Origin: Escherichia coli
GTDB lineage: Bacteria > Pseudomonadota > Gammaproteobacteria > Enterobacterales > Enterobacteriaceae
Assembly: GCF_965641715.1 (NCBI RefSeq)
Contig: NZ_OZ282453.1
Strand: one strand, 5' to 3'
Length of the DNA: 64,000 bases
In this document: in pieces, positions 18,688 through 30,579 of the stretch
Layout of the letters: the number at the start of each line of letters is the position of its first letter
Numbering within the stretch: the first letter of the stretch is position 1
Notes under the pieces: model-generated
The model's database searches: none
Told to the model about the DNA's origin: nothing
The model's input: only the letters and a program-made list of their open reading frames with translations
Made by a program: the position numbers and the translations under genes

Positions 18688-19719
18688 ATGTCTGCATTTA
18701 CCCCGGCAAGTGAAGTCTTGCTGCGTCACAGTGATGATTTCGAACAAAGCCGTATTCTGTTTGCCGGAGACTTACAGGATGACCTGCCCGCGCGTTTAGA
18801 TACCGCGGCCAGCCGTGCTCATACCCAGCAATTCCACCACTGGCAGGTATTAAGCCGCCAGATGGGGGATAACGCCCGTTTCAGTCTGGTCGCTACGGCG
18901 GATGACGTCGCAGATTGCGATACTTTGATTTACTACTGGCCGAAGAACAAACCGGAAGCCCAGTTCCAGTTGATGAATTTACTTTCTCTGCTGCCAGTGG
19001 GGACAGATATTTTTGTCGTTGGCGAGAACCGCAGCGGCGTGCGCAGCGCCGAGCAGATGCTGGCAGATTATGCGCCGTTGAATAAAGTCGACAGCGCTCG
19101 TCGCTGTGGACTCTATTTTGGTCGTCTGGAAAAACAGCCAGTATTTGATGCGGAGAAATTCTGGGGCGAATACAGCGTCGATGGCCTGACGGTCAAAACG
19201 CTGCCTGGCGTGTTTAGCCGCGACGGTCTGGATGTCGGTAGCCAGTTGCTGCTCTCGACGTTAACTCCGCACACGAAAGGTAAAGTGCTGGATGTCGGCT
19301 GTGGCGCGGGTGTGCTTTCAGTTGCCTTTGCGCGCCATTCGCCGAAAATTCGTCTCACCTTGTGCGATGTCTCTGCCCCGGCGGTAGAAGCCAGCCGCGC
19401 AACACTTGCGGCCAACGGTGTTGAAGGTGAAGTCTTTGCCAGCAACGTCTTTTCCGAGGTGAAAGGTCGTTTTGATATGATCATCTCCAACCCGCCGTTC
19501 CACGATGGGATGCAAACCAGCCTGGATGCGGCGCAAACGCTGATTCGCGGCGCGGTGCGTCATCTTAATAGCGGCGGCGAGCTGCGAATTGTAGCGAACG
19601 CCTTCCTGCCTTACCCGGACGTGCTGGATGAGACATTTGGCTTCCACGAAGTGATCGCGCAAACAGGGCGATTCAAGGTATATCGCGCCATTATGACCCG
19701 CCAGGCGAAGAAAGGTTAA
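18688..19719 (+). CDS. rsmC: 16S rRNA (guanine1207-N2)-methyltransferase RsmC
   Basis: 343 aa; SAM-methyltransferase motif [12 protein letters not shown] and NPPFH motif. Confidence 0.85.
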   Translation: MSAFTPASEVLLRHSDDFEQSRILFAGDLQDDLPARLDTAASRAHTQQFHHWQVLSRQMGDNARFSLVATADDVADCDTLIYYWPKNKPEAQFQLMNLLSLLPVGTDIFVVGENRSGVRSAEQMLADYAPLNKVDSARRCGLYFGRLEKQPVFDAEKFWGEYSVDGLTVKTLPGVFSRDGLDVGSQLLLSTLTPHTKGKVLDVGCGAGVLSVAFARHSPKIRLTLCDVSAPAVEASRATLAANGVEGEVFASNVFSEVKGRFDMIISNPPFHDGMQTSLDAAQTLIRGAVRHLNSGGELRIVANAFLPYPDVLDETFGFHEVIAQTGRFKVYRAIMTRQAKKG

Positions 19720-19735
19720 GTATCTGATATCTGTC

Positions 19736-19905
<170 letters not shown>

Positions 19906-20028
19906 TAGTCTCCTGATGGACATTTTTCCAGCAATTACACATCAGGCGATAATTAACTATTGACGAAAAGCTGAAAACCACTAGAATGCGCCTCCGTGGT
20001 AGCAATTCTTTTTAAGAATTGATGGTAT

Positions 20029-20115
20029 GCGAAGGTGGCGGAATTGGTAGACGCGCTAGCTTCAGGTGTTAGTGTCCTTACGGACGTGGGGGTTCAAGTC
20101 CCCCCCCTCGCACCA
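20029..20115 (+). tRNA. leuQ: tRNA-Leu (anticodon CAG)
   Basis: 87-nt sequence GCGAAGGTGGCGGAATTGGTAGACGCG ... CCCTCGCACCA; anticodon loop CTTCAGGTG. Confidence 0.9.
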
Positions 20116-20143
20116 AAAACCACGTTGATATTGCTCGCACTGG

Positions 20144-20230
20144 GCGAAGGTGGCGGAATTGGTAGACGCGCTAGCTTCAGGTGTTAGTGTTCTTACGGAC
20201 GTGGGGGTTCAAGTCCCCCCCCTCGCACCA
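20144..20230 (+). tRNA. leuP: tRNA-Leu (anticodon CAG), one substitution relative to the flanking copies
   Basis: 87-nt copy; variable-arm difference GTGTTCTTACGG versus GTGTCCTTACGG. Confidence 0.9.
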
Positions 20231-20264
20231 AACGAGGCGATATCAAAAAAAGTAAGATGACTGT

Positions 20265-20351
20265 GCGAAGGTGGCGGAATTGGTAGACGCGCTAGCTTCA
20301 GGTGTTAGTGTCCTTACGGACGTGGGGGTTCAAGTCCCCCCCCTCGCACCA
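20265..20351 (+). tRNA. leuV: tRNA-Leu (anticodon CAG)
   Basis: 87-nt copy identical to the first. Confidence 0.9.
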
Positions 20352-20389
20352 ATTATCTTTACTTCCTTTCTTGTTTCTTCCCTGTTTTG

Positions 20390-20626
20390 TCATCCCTGAT
20401 TCAAATTCATTATCATCAGCATGATGCCAGCAATAAGCGCCAGGCACGATGGTAGCAAAATGTAATGCCGCAACTGTTTGTGATACAGCATCACCGGCGT
20501 CAATACTAATCCCATCAGAATGACAATCCGCCACTGATCCGGCGATAAATCCGCATACATCAGCCCTGCAATCAGCAATCCCGGCAGCAACACTCCCCAG
20601 CCACTGCCCAGCGTACGTTGCAACAT
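20390..20626 (-). CDS. yjjZ: Small membrane protein YjjZ
   Basis: 78 aa from internal ATG (MLQRTLGSGWGVLLPGLLIAGL); the ORF track extends upstream. Confidence 0.55.
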   Translation of the reverse strand: MLQRTLGSGWGVLLPGLLIAGLMYADLSPDQWRIVILMGLVLTPVMLYHKQLRHYILLPSCLALIAGIMLMIMNLNQG

Positions 20627-20766
20627 GGTTTCATCTCTTTCATTGATAATGATAACCAATATCATATGATAATTTTTATCATTTGCAAGCCAGAGAAATC
20701 CCTTGCTATCGGGTAAACCTATCGCTAGGATTAGCAATCATTATCATTTAGATTACTATCCCGATT

Positions 20767-21555
20767 ATGGCCTATCGTTCCGCACCGCTCTATGAAGATG
20801 TCATCTGGCGAACACATCTCCAGCCGCAGGATGCTGGGCTTGCACAAGCCGTACGGGCGATGATCGCCGAACATCGTGAACATTTGCTCGAGTTTATCCG
20901 CCTGGATGAACCCGCTCCGCTTAACGCCATGACGCTGGCGCAATGGTCATCACCGAATGCGCTAAGTTCTCTACTCGCGGTCTATTCCGATCATATCTAT
21001 CGCAACCAACCAACGATGATCCGCGAGAACAAACCGCTGATCTCACTATGGGCACAATGGTATATCGGCCTGATGGTGCCACCATTAATGCTGGCGCTAC
21101 TGACGCAGGAAAAAGCATTAGATGTGTCGCCGGAACATTTCCATGCTGAGTTTCACGAAACCGGACGCGTCGCCTGTTTCTGGGTCGATGTGTGTGAAGA
21201 TAAAAACGCAACACCACATTCGCCGCAGCAGCGAATGGAAACGTTAATCAGCCAGGCGCTGGTTCCGGTTGTGCAAGCACTAGAAGCGACCGGAGAGATC
21301 AACGGCAAACTTATCTGGAGTAATACCGGTTATTTGATCAACTGGTATCTCACTGAGATGAAGCAACTGCTCGGCGAGGCTACTGTTGAATCGCTGCGCC
21401 ATGCCCTCTTTTTTGAGAAAACGCTCACGAACGGTGAAGATAATCCACTCTGGCGTACCGTGGTACTGCGCGACGGCCTGCTGGTGCGCCGCACTTGCTG
21501 CCAGCGTTATCGCTTACCGGATGTGCAGCAATGTGGCGATTGTACGCTGAAATGA
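20767..21555 (+). CDS. fhuF: Ferric-siderophore reductase FhuF (2Fe-2S)
   Basis: 262 aa; C-terminal C-C-x10-C-x2-C cluster (RRTCCQRYRLPDVQQCGDC). Confidence 0.8.
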   Translation: MAYRSAPLYEDVIWRTHLQPQDAGLAQAVRAMIAEHREHLLEFIRLDEPAPLNAMTLAQWSSPNALSSLLAVYSDHIYRNQPTMIRENKPLISLWAQWYIGLMVPPLMLALLTQEKALDVSPEHFHAEFHETGRVACFWVDVCEDKNATPHSPQQRMETLISQALVPVVQALEATGEINGKLIWSNTGYLINWYLTEMKQLLGEATVESLRHALFFEKTLTNGEDNPLWRTVVLRDGLLVRRTCCQRYRLPDVQQCGDCTLK

Positions 21556-21592
21556 AAGCACTGCCGGGGAAGTAAACCCGGCATCATGCGGA

Positions 21593-22270
21593 TTAATAGG
21601 GATGCAACACATTACTTGCTTCGCAATGCCGCATACATAACAGAATATCTGCGGCCTCCAACAACCCTGCGTCAGAACTGACGCCCAGTTTCGACATCAC
21701 ATTAAATTTATGTGCACGGATCGTTTTGATATTGCGTTTAAGCTGCTCGGCAATTTGTGTCATTGAGTAGCCACGTGACATAAAGCGCAATATTTCTCTC
21801 TCCGTCGGGCTTAGCGTCCGGCTTTGGTTAATGTACCACTGATTGTTCAGTCGGTCGGTCGCCTGACGTACACCATTTAATGACAAAAAGAGTTCCTGAT
21901 GAAAAATCTCCAGCGTTGACGCTTTACTTAATACACCGTCCAGCGGTGATGGCGACAATGAACCAATCAGCCGAGCTTCAATATCATCATCCGCAATAAC
22001 TAAACGCCGGGTACGCGGAAACTTAATCGCCAGTTCAGTCAGGCAAGATAATCCCTCTCTGCGCTCACTTCTCATGGCAGAAAAAGAAAAAATGACCGCC
22101 GCAAACGAGATCCGCGACATGGCATCCTGAAATGACTCCTGACTGGTATAGGTATGGAGCTTATAAGGGTTACCCGCAAACTTTCTGAATAAACTCTCAA
22201 TACCGATACTACTCATGACGCATTTTTCTATGAGTGCGACATTTCTCTTCTTAATTCGGCTGTGTTCCAT
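21593..22270 (-). CDS. bglJ: LuxR-family transcriptional regulator BglJ
   Basis: 225 aa with C-terminal LuxR HTH; overlaps yjjQ as in the yjjQ-bglJ operon. Confidence 0.75.
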
Positions 22271-22953
22271 TCTGCGGCATCTCCATAAACAGAAGGCAAG
22301 TTAAGTTCTCTTGCACCCTGCGCGCTATTTATCCATGCATACATTTCAGCGTTGCTGTGAATTGCCAGTCGACGCATCGCACTGTTTTTTTGGGCGCTGA
22401 TAGTTTTATTACTTTTCTTAAGCAATGAAGCTATCTGGTTGATGCCCCATCCTTTACCTAATAGCCGCAGTACCTTGCGCTCTGAAAGAGTGAGAATGAC
22501 GGAGCGATAGCTAAAATCATGAGTTTCAGTCATTGCCGGAGAGGTCAGCATGGCGCTGATACGCTCTGCGTGCGTATTGCCGGAACGTACGGTCTTGACC
22601 AGATTCTCAATGGGTTCAACATCAGACAATAACGTCGCCGTAGGGCACATGAGCAGTTCTACTGCCTGGGAATACCAGGAGCGTGACACCATGAAAACCC
22701 AGTGAATTTCCCGATATTGTGAGATTAAAGAATAATAATGTTCACAAACAGAACGTGGATCTTCACTTTCACCGGCTAAATCAGCAATGACTAATCCGGA
22801 ACGACGTAATTGTAATAAGGTAAGGTCCTCCGCAGAGGCGCTGGATATTATTTCATATTCAGGGAAGTGAGTCCTCATGACCTCTTTTAACCCTGCTTGC
22901 ATAACAGGTATTTTACTGATAACAATTCCATTTTTGCAGCATCCTGGCAACAT
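22228..22953 (-). CDS. yjjQ: LuxR-family transcriptional regulator YjjQ
   Basis: 241 aa with C-terminal LuxR HTH ([23 protein letters not shown]). Confidence 0.75.
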
Positions 22954-23571
22954 ATTTCCTCCACATCCACTGTCTAAAAATTATGATGGTTTATTCAGGA
23001 TATTCATTCCTTAAATGTTTCCAGCAAATTAATAGATTAAGCGAATAAATTATCCTTAGCATTCACTTTCATATCAGCATACTCCTGCTGCACAACAACT
23101 CCACTGCATGTGTCAGAAGGTTAGCATCAAATGATAACCTGGTGAAATAGCCTGGAGACATTTAAAATATCTACATTAAGTTGTTAGGAATACTTAATGA
23201 AAAACAGAAATCACATTCATTTAATTTATAATTAAATGATATCCCTTCCCGCAGAATGAAAAATCACACAACCAATATTTATTCAATGAAATCTGATGGT
23301 TTTAACTTGTTAACATTAAAAAACGCGCCCGGTTATCTATTATCCTGACTCGTAAAGGCCAAACAATAAATTCATTATAGTGATAATATTCATGCGATAG
23401 TTTGTTTACGGCGAGAGATAATTCGCTTTTTATCACCAAGCGTCTCCCGATAACCAGGATTAATCAGCGCAATTTTGATCTTAACCTACCGCAAAACAAC
23501 CGTGCTTCATGATACAAATGGATTCTCATTATCTGAACAATACGCAGCACGTCTATGACAAAGGGCGAGTT

Positions 23572-24342
23572 ATGCAAACTGAGCAACAGCGAGCCGTAAC
23601 ACGGCTTTGTATCCAGTGTGGATTATTTCTTTTGCAACATGGTGCGGAAAGCGCGTTGGTTGATGAGCTTTCCTCACGACTGGGTCGGGCGCTGGGAATG
23701 GACAGCGTCGAAAGTTCTATCTCTTCGAACGCCATAGTGCTGACAACTATTAAAGATGGGCAATGCCTGACATCGACACGTAAAAATCACGATCGCGGCA
23801 TTAATATGCATGTGGTGACTGAAGTCCAGCACATTGTGATTCTTGCGGAGCATCATCTGCTGGATTACAAAGGCGTAGAGAAACGATTTAGCCAAATTCA
23901 GCCATTACGTTACCCAAGATGGCTGGTAGCCTTAATGGTTGGCCTTTCTTGCGCCTGTTTCTGTAAACTCAATAACGGTGGCTGGGATGGTGCCGTCATC
24001 ACCTTCTTTGCCAGTACGACCGCGATGTATATCCGCCAGCTGCTGGCACAACGTCATCTTCATCCACAGATCAACTTTTGCCTTACCGCTTTCGCCGCCA
24101 CCACCATTTCCGGATTGCTTTTGCAACTCCCCACTTTCAGCAATACCCCCACCATTGCGATGGCCGCCAGCGTTCTGCTGCTGGTGCCGGGCTTTCCGTT
24201 GATTAATGCCGTCGCCGATATGTTTAAAGGCCACATCAATACCGGACTGGCACGCTGGGCGATCGCCAGTCTGCTGACACTGGCTACCTGCGTCGGCGTG
24301 GTGATGGCACTGACGATTTGGGGGCTACGCGGATGGGTGTGA
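23572..24342 (+). CDS. yjjP: Inner-membrane protein YjjP (threonine/serine exporter family)
   Basis: Start chosen at [13 protein letters not shown] to match recalled K-12 N-terminus; overlaps yjjB. Confidence 0.7.
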
Positions 24343-24806
24343 TCGAATTTCTGTTTGCATTGGCGCAGGATATGATCCTCGCCGCCATTCCTGCGGTCGG
24401 CTTTGCGATGGTGTTCAACGTTCCCGTGCGGGCGTTACGCTGGTGTGCGCTGCTTGGCTCGATAGGTCATGGTTCCCGAATGATCTTGATGACCAGCGGG
24501 TTGAATATTGAGTGGTCAACCTTTATGGCTTCTATGCTGGTCGGCACCATTGGTATTCAATGGTCGCGCTGGTATCTGGCGCATCCGAAAGTGTTTACCG
24601 TGGCGGCCGTTATCCCTATGTTCCCGGGCATATCGGCTTATACCGCAATGATTTCGGCGGTAAAAATCAGCCAGCTAGGTTACAGCGAACCGTTGATGAT
24701 TACCCTGTTAACCAACTTTCTTACAGCTTCATCGATTGTTGGTGCGTTATCTATCGGTCTTTCCATTCCTGGATTATGGTTGTACCGCAAGCGCCCTCGC
24801 GTATAA
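24333..24806 (+). CDS. yjjB: Inner-membrane protein YjjB
   Basis: About 157-aa hydrophobic protein coupled to yjjP. Confidence 0.7.
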
Positions 24807-24913
24807 AATTGCCTCGCTTAAAGCACGCGGATGAGAGACAGCCTCCTCTCCTCCGTGTGTTACTATAAAAGTTATCTCCCTTCTCGTTCATCGTTCCATA
24901 TTTGAGAAACAGT

Positions 24914-25453
24914 ATGTCTTCCAGAGTTTTGACCCCGGACGTCGTTGGTATTGACGCCCTGGTAAACGATCACCAAACCGTTCTGGCAAAAGCTGAAGGC
25001 GGTGTGGTTGCCGTATTTGCTAACAATGCCCCGGCGTTTTATGCCGTCACGCCTGCACGCCTGGCTGAACTGCTGGCGCTGGAAGAAAAGCTGGCGCGTC
25101 CGGGAAGCGATGTCGATCTGGACGATCAACTCTATCAGGAACCGCAAGCCGCTCCCGTTGCTGTACCCATGGGGAAATTCGCCATGTATCCGGACTGGCA
25201 ACCCGATGCCGATTTTATCCGCCTGGCGGCGCTATGGGGCGTGGCGCTAAGAGAGCCGGTGACCACCGAAGAACTGGCCTCATTCATTGCCTACTGGCAG
25301 GCGGAAGGTAAAGTTTTTCACCATGTGCAGTGGCAACAAAAACTGGCGCGCAGCCTGCAAATCGGTCGTGCCAGCAACGGCGGACTGCCGAAACGAGATG
25401 TGAATACGGTCAGTGAACCTGACAGCCAAATTCCACCAGGATTCAGAGGGTAA
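24914..25453 (+). CDS. dnaT: Primosomal protein DnaT
   Basis: 179 aa starting [17 protein letters not shown]; 3 nt upstream of dnaC. Confidence 0.85.
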   Translation: MSSRVLTPDVVGIDALVNDHQTVLAKAEGGVVAVFANNAPAFYAVTPARLAELLALEEKLARPGSDVDLDDQLYQEPQAAPVAVPMGKFAMYPDWQPDADFIRLAALWGVALREPVTTEELASFIAYWQAEGKVFHHVQWQQKLARSLQIGRASNGGLPKRDVNTVSEPDSQIPPGFRG

Positions 25454-25455
25454 CG

Positions 25456-26193
25456 ATGAAAAACGTTGGCGACCTGATGCAACGCCTGCAAAAAATGATG
25501 CCTGCCCATATCAAACCTGCATTCAAAACGGGTGAAGAGCTACTGGCCTGGCAGAAAGAACAAGGGGCGATCCGCTCCGCCGCTCTCGAACGTGAAAATC
25601 GGGCGATGAAAATGCAGCGCACCTTTAACCGCTCCGGTATTCGTCCACTGCATCAGAACTGCTCCTTTGAGAACTATCGCGTTGAGTGTGAAGGGCAGAT
25701 GAATGCGTTAAGCAAAGCGCGCCAGTATGTCGAAGAGTTTGACGGCAACATCGCCAGCTTCATCTTTTCTGGTAAGCCAGGAACCGGCAAAAACCATCTG
25801 GCGGCGGCAATCTGCAACGAGCTGCTGCTACGCGGTAAATCCGTATTGATCATCACCGTGGCCGATATTATGTCGGCGATGAAAGATACCTTCAGGAATA
25901 GCGATACCAGCGAAGAACAACTGCTTAACGATCTGAGCAACGTTGATCTGCTGGTGATCGATGAGATCGGCGTGCAGACCGAATCGAAATACGAAAAAGT
26001 GATCATCAACCAGATCGTCGATCGCCGCTCTTCTTCCAAACGCCCAACCGGGATGCTGACCAACAGTAATATGGAAGAGATGACCAAGTTGCTGGGCGAA
26101 CGCGTGATGGACCGTATGCGCCTGGGTAACAGTTTGTGGGTGATCTTCAACTGGGATAGCTACCGTAGCCGTGTAACAGGTAAAGAGTATTAA
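25456..26193 (+). CDS. dnaC: DNA replication helicase loader DnaC
   Basis: 245 aa; Walker A GKPGTGKNHLA. Confidence 0.9.
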   Translation: MKNVGDLMQRLQKMMPAHIKPAFKTGEELLAWQKEQGAIRSAALERENRAMKMQRTFNRSGIRPLHQNCSFENYRVECEGQMNALSKARQYVEEFDGNIASFIFSGKPGTGKNHLAAAICNELLLRGKSVLIITVADIMSAMKDTFRNSDTSEEQLLNDLSNVDLLVIDEIGVQTESKYEKVIINQIVDRRSSSKRPTGMLTNSNMEEMTKLLGERVMDRMRLGNSLWVIFNWDSYRSRVTGKEY

Positions 26194-26238
26194 TCCCCGT
26201 TTCTGGCGGTATACTGCGACACAATTCCACCTTGAGTA

Positions 26239-26736
26239 ATGATGATGAAAACTGTTAAACATCTTCTGTGCTGTGCCATTGCCGCCAGCGCATTAATTTC
26301 CACCGGGGTGCATGCTGCGTCCTGGAAAGATGCGCTCTCCAGCGCCGCCAGCGAACTTGGCAACCAAAACAGCACGACACAGGAAGGCGGTTGGTCGCTC
26401 GCGTCATTAACTAACTTGCTTAGCAGCGGGAACCAGGCCTTAAGCGCAGATAACATGAACAATGCCGCAGGCATTCTGCAATACTGCGCGAAGCAAAAGC
26501 TGGCGTCGGTAACCGATGCCGAAAACATCAAGAATCAGGTGCTGGAAAAGCTGGGCCTGAACAGTGAAGAGCAAAAAGAAGACACCAACTATCTGGACGG
26601 CATTCAGGGTTTGCTGAAAACCAAAGATGGTCAGCAACTCAATCTGGATAACATCGGAACGACTCCGCTGGCAGAAAAGGTGAAAACCAAAGCCTGCGAT
26701 CTGGTGTTAAAGCAGGGGCTGAACTTCATTTCCTGA
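26239..26736 (+). CDS. yjjA: Periplasmic protein YjjA (DUF2501)
   Basis: 165 aa with signal peptide MMMKTVKHLLCCAIAASALISTGVHA. Confidence 0.7.
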   Translation: MMMKTVKHLLCCAIAASALISTGVHAASWKDALSSAASELGNQNSTTQEGGWSLASLTNLLSSGNQALSADNMNNAAGILQYCAKQKLASVTDAENIKNQVLEKLGLNSEEQKEDTNYLDGIQGLLKTKDGQQLNLDNIGTTPLAEKVKTKACDLVLKQGLNFIS

Positions 26737-26989
26737 ACCGCGAAACGCCGCGTTTTAGCTGTTACCCGGCTGACGCGGCTCTCTCCTGCCCTTTTCCCTG
26801 CTCCTGGACGGTTTTCCCCCTGTTACACGGGAAGCGACCGCGATCAAAAAAGTCTGTTTATAAACTAATTCCTAACAACATCGCATTTTTTTGACACTAG
26901 AATTGCAGCAATATGGCGACGCCATTACATTGTGCTTCTCAAAAAGCTTAAACGTTGGCTAAACGGCCCGGTTTAGTGAGGATCGCCCG

Positions 26990-29281
26990 TTGTCAGAACT
27001 ACTCTCTTTCGCCCTTTTTCTCGCCTCTGTGCTGATTTACGCATGGAAAGCGGGACGTAACACCTGGTGGTTTGCAGCCACATTAACGGTGCTGGGGCTA
27101 TTTGTCGTTTTAAATATCACCCTGTTTGCCAGCGACTATTTTACTGGCGATGGTATTAACGACGCGGTTCTCTATACCTTAACCAACAGCCTGACCGGTG
27201 CTGGCGTCAGCAAATACATCCTGCCGGGTATCGGCATTGTGCTGGGGCTGACGGCGGTGTTCGGTGCGCTGGGCTGGATCCTGCGCCGTCGTCGCCATCA
27301 TCCGCACCATTTTGGTTACAGCCTGCTGGCGCTCTTACTGGCGCTGGGTTCGGTGGACGCCAGCCCGGCATTTCGTCAGATAACGGAACTGGTGAAATCC
27401 CAGTCACGCGATGGCGACCCGGACTTTGCGGCTTATTATAAAGAGCCGTCGAAAACTATCCCTGACCCGAAACTCAACCTGGTTTATATCTACGGCGAAA
27501 GTCTCGAGCGGACCTATTTTGATAACGAAGCTTTCCCGGATCTCACGCCTGAACTGGGCGCGTTGAAAAATGAAGGCCTGGATTTCAGCCACACGCAGCA
27601 GCTGCCAGGAACGGATTACACGATTGCGGGCATGGTGGCTTCTCAGTGCGGCATACCGCTGTTTGCCCCCTTTGAAGGCAACGCCTCCGCCTCTGTCTCC
27701 AGCTTCTTCCCGCAGAACATCTGTCTGGGCGATATCCTGAAAAACTCGGGTTATCAGAACTATTTCGTGCAGGGCGCAAATCTGCGTTTTGCCGGTAAAG
27801 ATGTGTTCCTGAAATCGCACGGCTTCGATCACTTATACGGCTCAGAAGAGCTGAAAAGCGTGGTGGCCGACCCGCACTATCGCAACGACTGGGGATTCTA
27901 CGACGATACCGTTCTCGATGAAGCGTGGAAAAAGTTTGAAGAGCTTTCCCGTTCTGGTCAGCGATTCTCACTGTTTACCCTGACAGTCGATACCCATCAC
28001 CCGGATGGTTTTATCTCTCGTACCTGTAACCGCAAAAAATATGATTTTGACGGTAAGCCGAATCAGTCATTCAGCGCGGTAAGTTGCAGCCAGGAGAATA
28101 TCGCGACGTTTATCAATAAAATCAAAGCGTCACCGTGGTTTAAAGATACTGTCATCGTCGTCTCTTCTGACCATTTAGCGATGAACAACACGGCGTGGAA
28201 ATACCTCAATAAGCAGGATCGCAATAACCTGTTTTTTGTCATTCGTGGCGACAAGCCGCAGCAAGAGACGCTGGCAGTGAAGCGTAACACGATGGATAAC
28301 GGCGCGACGGTGCTGGACATTCTCGGTGGCGATAACTATCTCGGACTTGGTCGTAGCAGTTTATCCGGGCAGTCGATGTCGGAAATCTTCCTCAATATCA
28401 AAGAGAAAACATTGGCGTGGAAGCCAGATATCATCCGCCTGTGGAAATTCCCTAAAGAGATGAAAGAGTTCACCATCGACCAGCAGAAAAACATGATTGC
28501 CTTCTCGGGTAGCCATTTCCGTTTGCCGCTGCTGTTGCGGGTTTCAGACAAACGCGTGGAACCGCTGCCGGAAAGCGAATACTCAGCACCGCTGCGTTTC
28601 CAGCTGGCCGATTTCGCTCCACGCGACAATTTCGTCTGGGTTGACCGTTGCTACAAGATGGCACAACTCTGGGCTCCGGAACTGGCACTTTCCACCGACT
28701 GGTGTGTCTCGCAGGGGCAGCTTGGCGGTCAGCAAATTGTTCAGCATGTTGACAAAACAACATGGAAGAGCAAGACGGCATTTAAAGATACGGTCATCGA
28801 CATGGCGCGTTACAAAGGCAATGTCGATACGCTGAAGATTGTTGATAACGATATTCGCTACAAAGCCGACAGTTTCATCTTTAACGTCGCCGGTGCGCCA
28901 GAAGAGGTGAAACAGTTTAGCGGGATTTCCCGTCCGGAGTCGTGGGGCCGCTGGTCCAACGCGCAGCTGGGCGATGAAGTAAAAATCGAGTACAAGCATC
29001 CGCTGCCGAAGAAATTTGACCTGGTGATTACCGCCAAAGCATACGGCAATAACGCCAGCCGTCCTATTCCGGTACGCGTAGGCAATGAAGAACAAACTCT
29101 TGTGCTGGGCAATGAAGTGACCACCACCACACTGCATTTCGATAACCCAACCGATGCCGACACACTGGTAATTGTGCCGCCGGAACCTGTCTCAACCAAC
29201 GAAGGGAATATCCTCGGACACTCGCCGCGTAAGCTCGGGATCGGCATGGTGGAAATTAAAGTGGTAGAACGTGAAGGGTAA
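26990..29281 (+). CDS. opgB: Phosphoglycerol transferase I OpgB (MdoB)
   Basis: 763 aa starting [24 protein letters not shown] from a TTG start; sulfatase-like domain. Confidence 0.85.
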   Translation: MSELLSFALFLASVLIYAWKAGRNTWWFAATLTVLGLFVVLNITLFASDYFTGDGINDAVLYTLTNSLTGAGVSKYILPGIGIVLGLTAVFGALGWILRRRRHHPHHFGYSLLALLLALGSVDASPAFRQITELVKSQSRDGDPDFAAYYKEPSKTIPDPKLNLVYIYGESLERTYFDNEAFPDLTPELGALKNEGLDFSHTQQLPGTDYTIAGMVASQCGIPLFAPFEGNASASVSSFFPQNICLGDILKNSGYQNYFVQGANLRFAGKDVFLKSHGFDHLYGSEELKSVVADPHYRNDWGFYDDTVLDEAWKKFEELSRSGQRFSLFTLTVDTHHPDGFISRTCNRKKYDFDGKPNQSFSAVSCSQENIATFINKIKASPWFKDTVIVVSSDHLAMNNTAWKYLNKQDRNNLFFVIRGDKPQQETLAVKRNTMDNGATVLDILGGDNYLGLGRSSLSGQSMSEIFLNIKEKTLAWKPDIIRLWKFPKEMKEFTIDQQKNMIAFSGSHFRLPLLLRVSDKRVEPLPESEYSAPLRFQLADFAPRDNFVWVDRCYKMAQLWAPELALSTDWCVSQGQLGGQQIVQHVDKTTWKSKTAFKDTVIDMARYKGNVDTLKIVDNDIRYKADSFIFNVAGAPEEVKQFSGISRPESWGRWSNAQLGDEVKIEYKHPLPKKFDLVITAKAYGNNASRPIPVRVGNEEQTLVLGNEVTTTTLHFDNPTDADTLVIVPPEPVSTNEGNILGHSPRKLGIGMVEIKVVEREG

Positions 29282-29291
29282 TTCCTGACTG

Positions 29292-29330
29292 ATGTGTAGG
29301 TCGCATAAGGTGCGACCTACACGCCTTCTA
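29292..29330. repeat. REP-like palindrome / probable opgB terminator
   Basis: TGTAGGTCGCA-TAAGG-TGCGACCTACA perfect inverted repeat. Confidence 0.4.
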
Positions 29331-29418
29331 CGGCTTACAACACATTATTAAGAAACAAAAAAAACAGCGCCCAACACTTCCCCGGACGCTGCATGGCAAC
29401 TTTAATAATCTCGCCTTA

Positions 29419-30441
29419 TCAGAAAGTAATTACACCCTTAATCAACTCACGATTGTTAATCACATCGCGCTCGTAGGTTTCTGCCAGCGTGGCGAACGGG
29501 TAGCGATGGGTTAACATCATGTCGGCAGTGATTTTTCCTTCCGCCATCAGTCGACCGACTTTAGCGAAATCTTCCGGCGTGGCGTTGCGGCTGCCCATCA
29601 TCGTCGTTTCTTTTTTATGGAATTCCGGATCGGAGAACTGCAACTCACCTTTAAACAGGCCGACAAATACCACCGTGCCGCCGTGACGAATCAGATTCAC
29701 GGTGTTATTCATCGCATGTTGATTACCTGTCGCGTCGATCACTTTCTGCGCCAGCGAACCACCAAACTGCGCCCGCAGCTGCGCGTCAAAATCTTCGGCT
29801 GACGGGTCCAGCACGGGCAACTCCAGACGCGTTGCCACATGTTCACGGCGCGCCGGACTGGTATCCGCCACCACCACCTGTGCGCCATCGGCTTTAGCGA
29901 TTGCCGCCGCGCCCAGACCGATTGGCCCCGCCCCGACCACCAGCACCTGCTCGCCGGGAGCAATGGCTGCGCGACGCACCGCATGAGCGCTAATAGCGAA
30001 AGGTTCAATCAATGCGGCCGCCTGCGGGTCAATACCGTCTGCGGGCAAAATGTTCGCCACCGGCACGCTCAAATACTCACTAAAACCGCCATCCTGATGC
30101 ACGCCGATGACTGAAATTTTTTCACAGCAATTGGTACGCCCGCTTTTACACGCCGGGCATTGCTGACAGGCAACATAAGGGATCACAGCAACTTGCTGAC
30201 CATTTTTAAGATCAGCAATATTTTTACCCAGCCCAACAATCTCCCCACATATTTCATGGCCTAAAACCCGTGGATAACTAAAAAATGGTTGATTTCCACC
30301 CCAGGCATGAATATCGGTACCGCAAATCCCGACAGACTTAATTTTTATTAATGCTTCATTGTCACCCGGAATAGGTATCTCGCGTTGTTTCCAGACTAAT
30401 TCTTTCGGCTGCTGGCAAATTAAAACATTCATCGTAGACAT
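29419..30441 (-). CDS. lgoD: L-galactonate oxidoreductase LgoD (YjjN), Zn-dependent alcohol dehydrogenase family
   Basis: 340 aa from MSTMNVLICQQ; GHEICGEIV zinc motif and GAGPIGLGAAA Rossmann motif. Confidence 0.8.
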   Translation of the reverse strand: MSTMNVLICQQPKELVWKQREIPIPGDNEALIKIKSVGICGTDIHAWGGNQPFFSYPRVLGHEICGEIVGLGKNIADLKNGQQVAVIPYVACQQCPACKSGRTNCCEKISVIGVHQDGGFSEYLSVPVANILPADGIDPQAAALIEPFAISAHAVRRAAIAPGEQVLVVGAGPIGLGAAAIAKADGAQVVVADTSPARREHVATRLELPVLDPSAEDFDAQLRAQFGGSLAQKVIDATGNQHAMNNTVNLIRHGGTVVFVGLFKGELQFSDPEFHKKETTMMGSRNATPEDFAKVGRLMAEGKITADMMLTHRYPFATLAETYERDVINNRELIKGVITF

Positions 30442-30579
30442 GATTCGGCTCTCCATTTTTTGTTGCCTTAGATATCAATGAAAATGAAAAATGGCAGCGG
30501 AACGGAAAATCTGTTTTGTGAAAACACACGCATAAAAATGTTTTAAATCGGGTTTTAATGGACTCACAAGGAGGAAAAT

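Noticed and set aside
20029-20351. Possible CRISPR-like array (three near-identical repeats at regular spacing)
   Set aside because: Each repeat is a complete 87-nt tRNA-Leu; no short direct repeats with unique spacers and no cas genes anywhere in the window
22954-23571. AT-rich 600-bp gap upstream of yjjQ and yjjP as a possible foreign insertion
   Set aside because: Matches the long AT-rich regulatory region expected between divergent yjjQ-bglJ and yjjP; no ORF or repeat structure suggesting a mobile element
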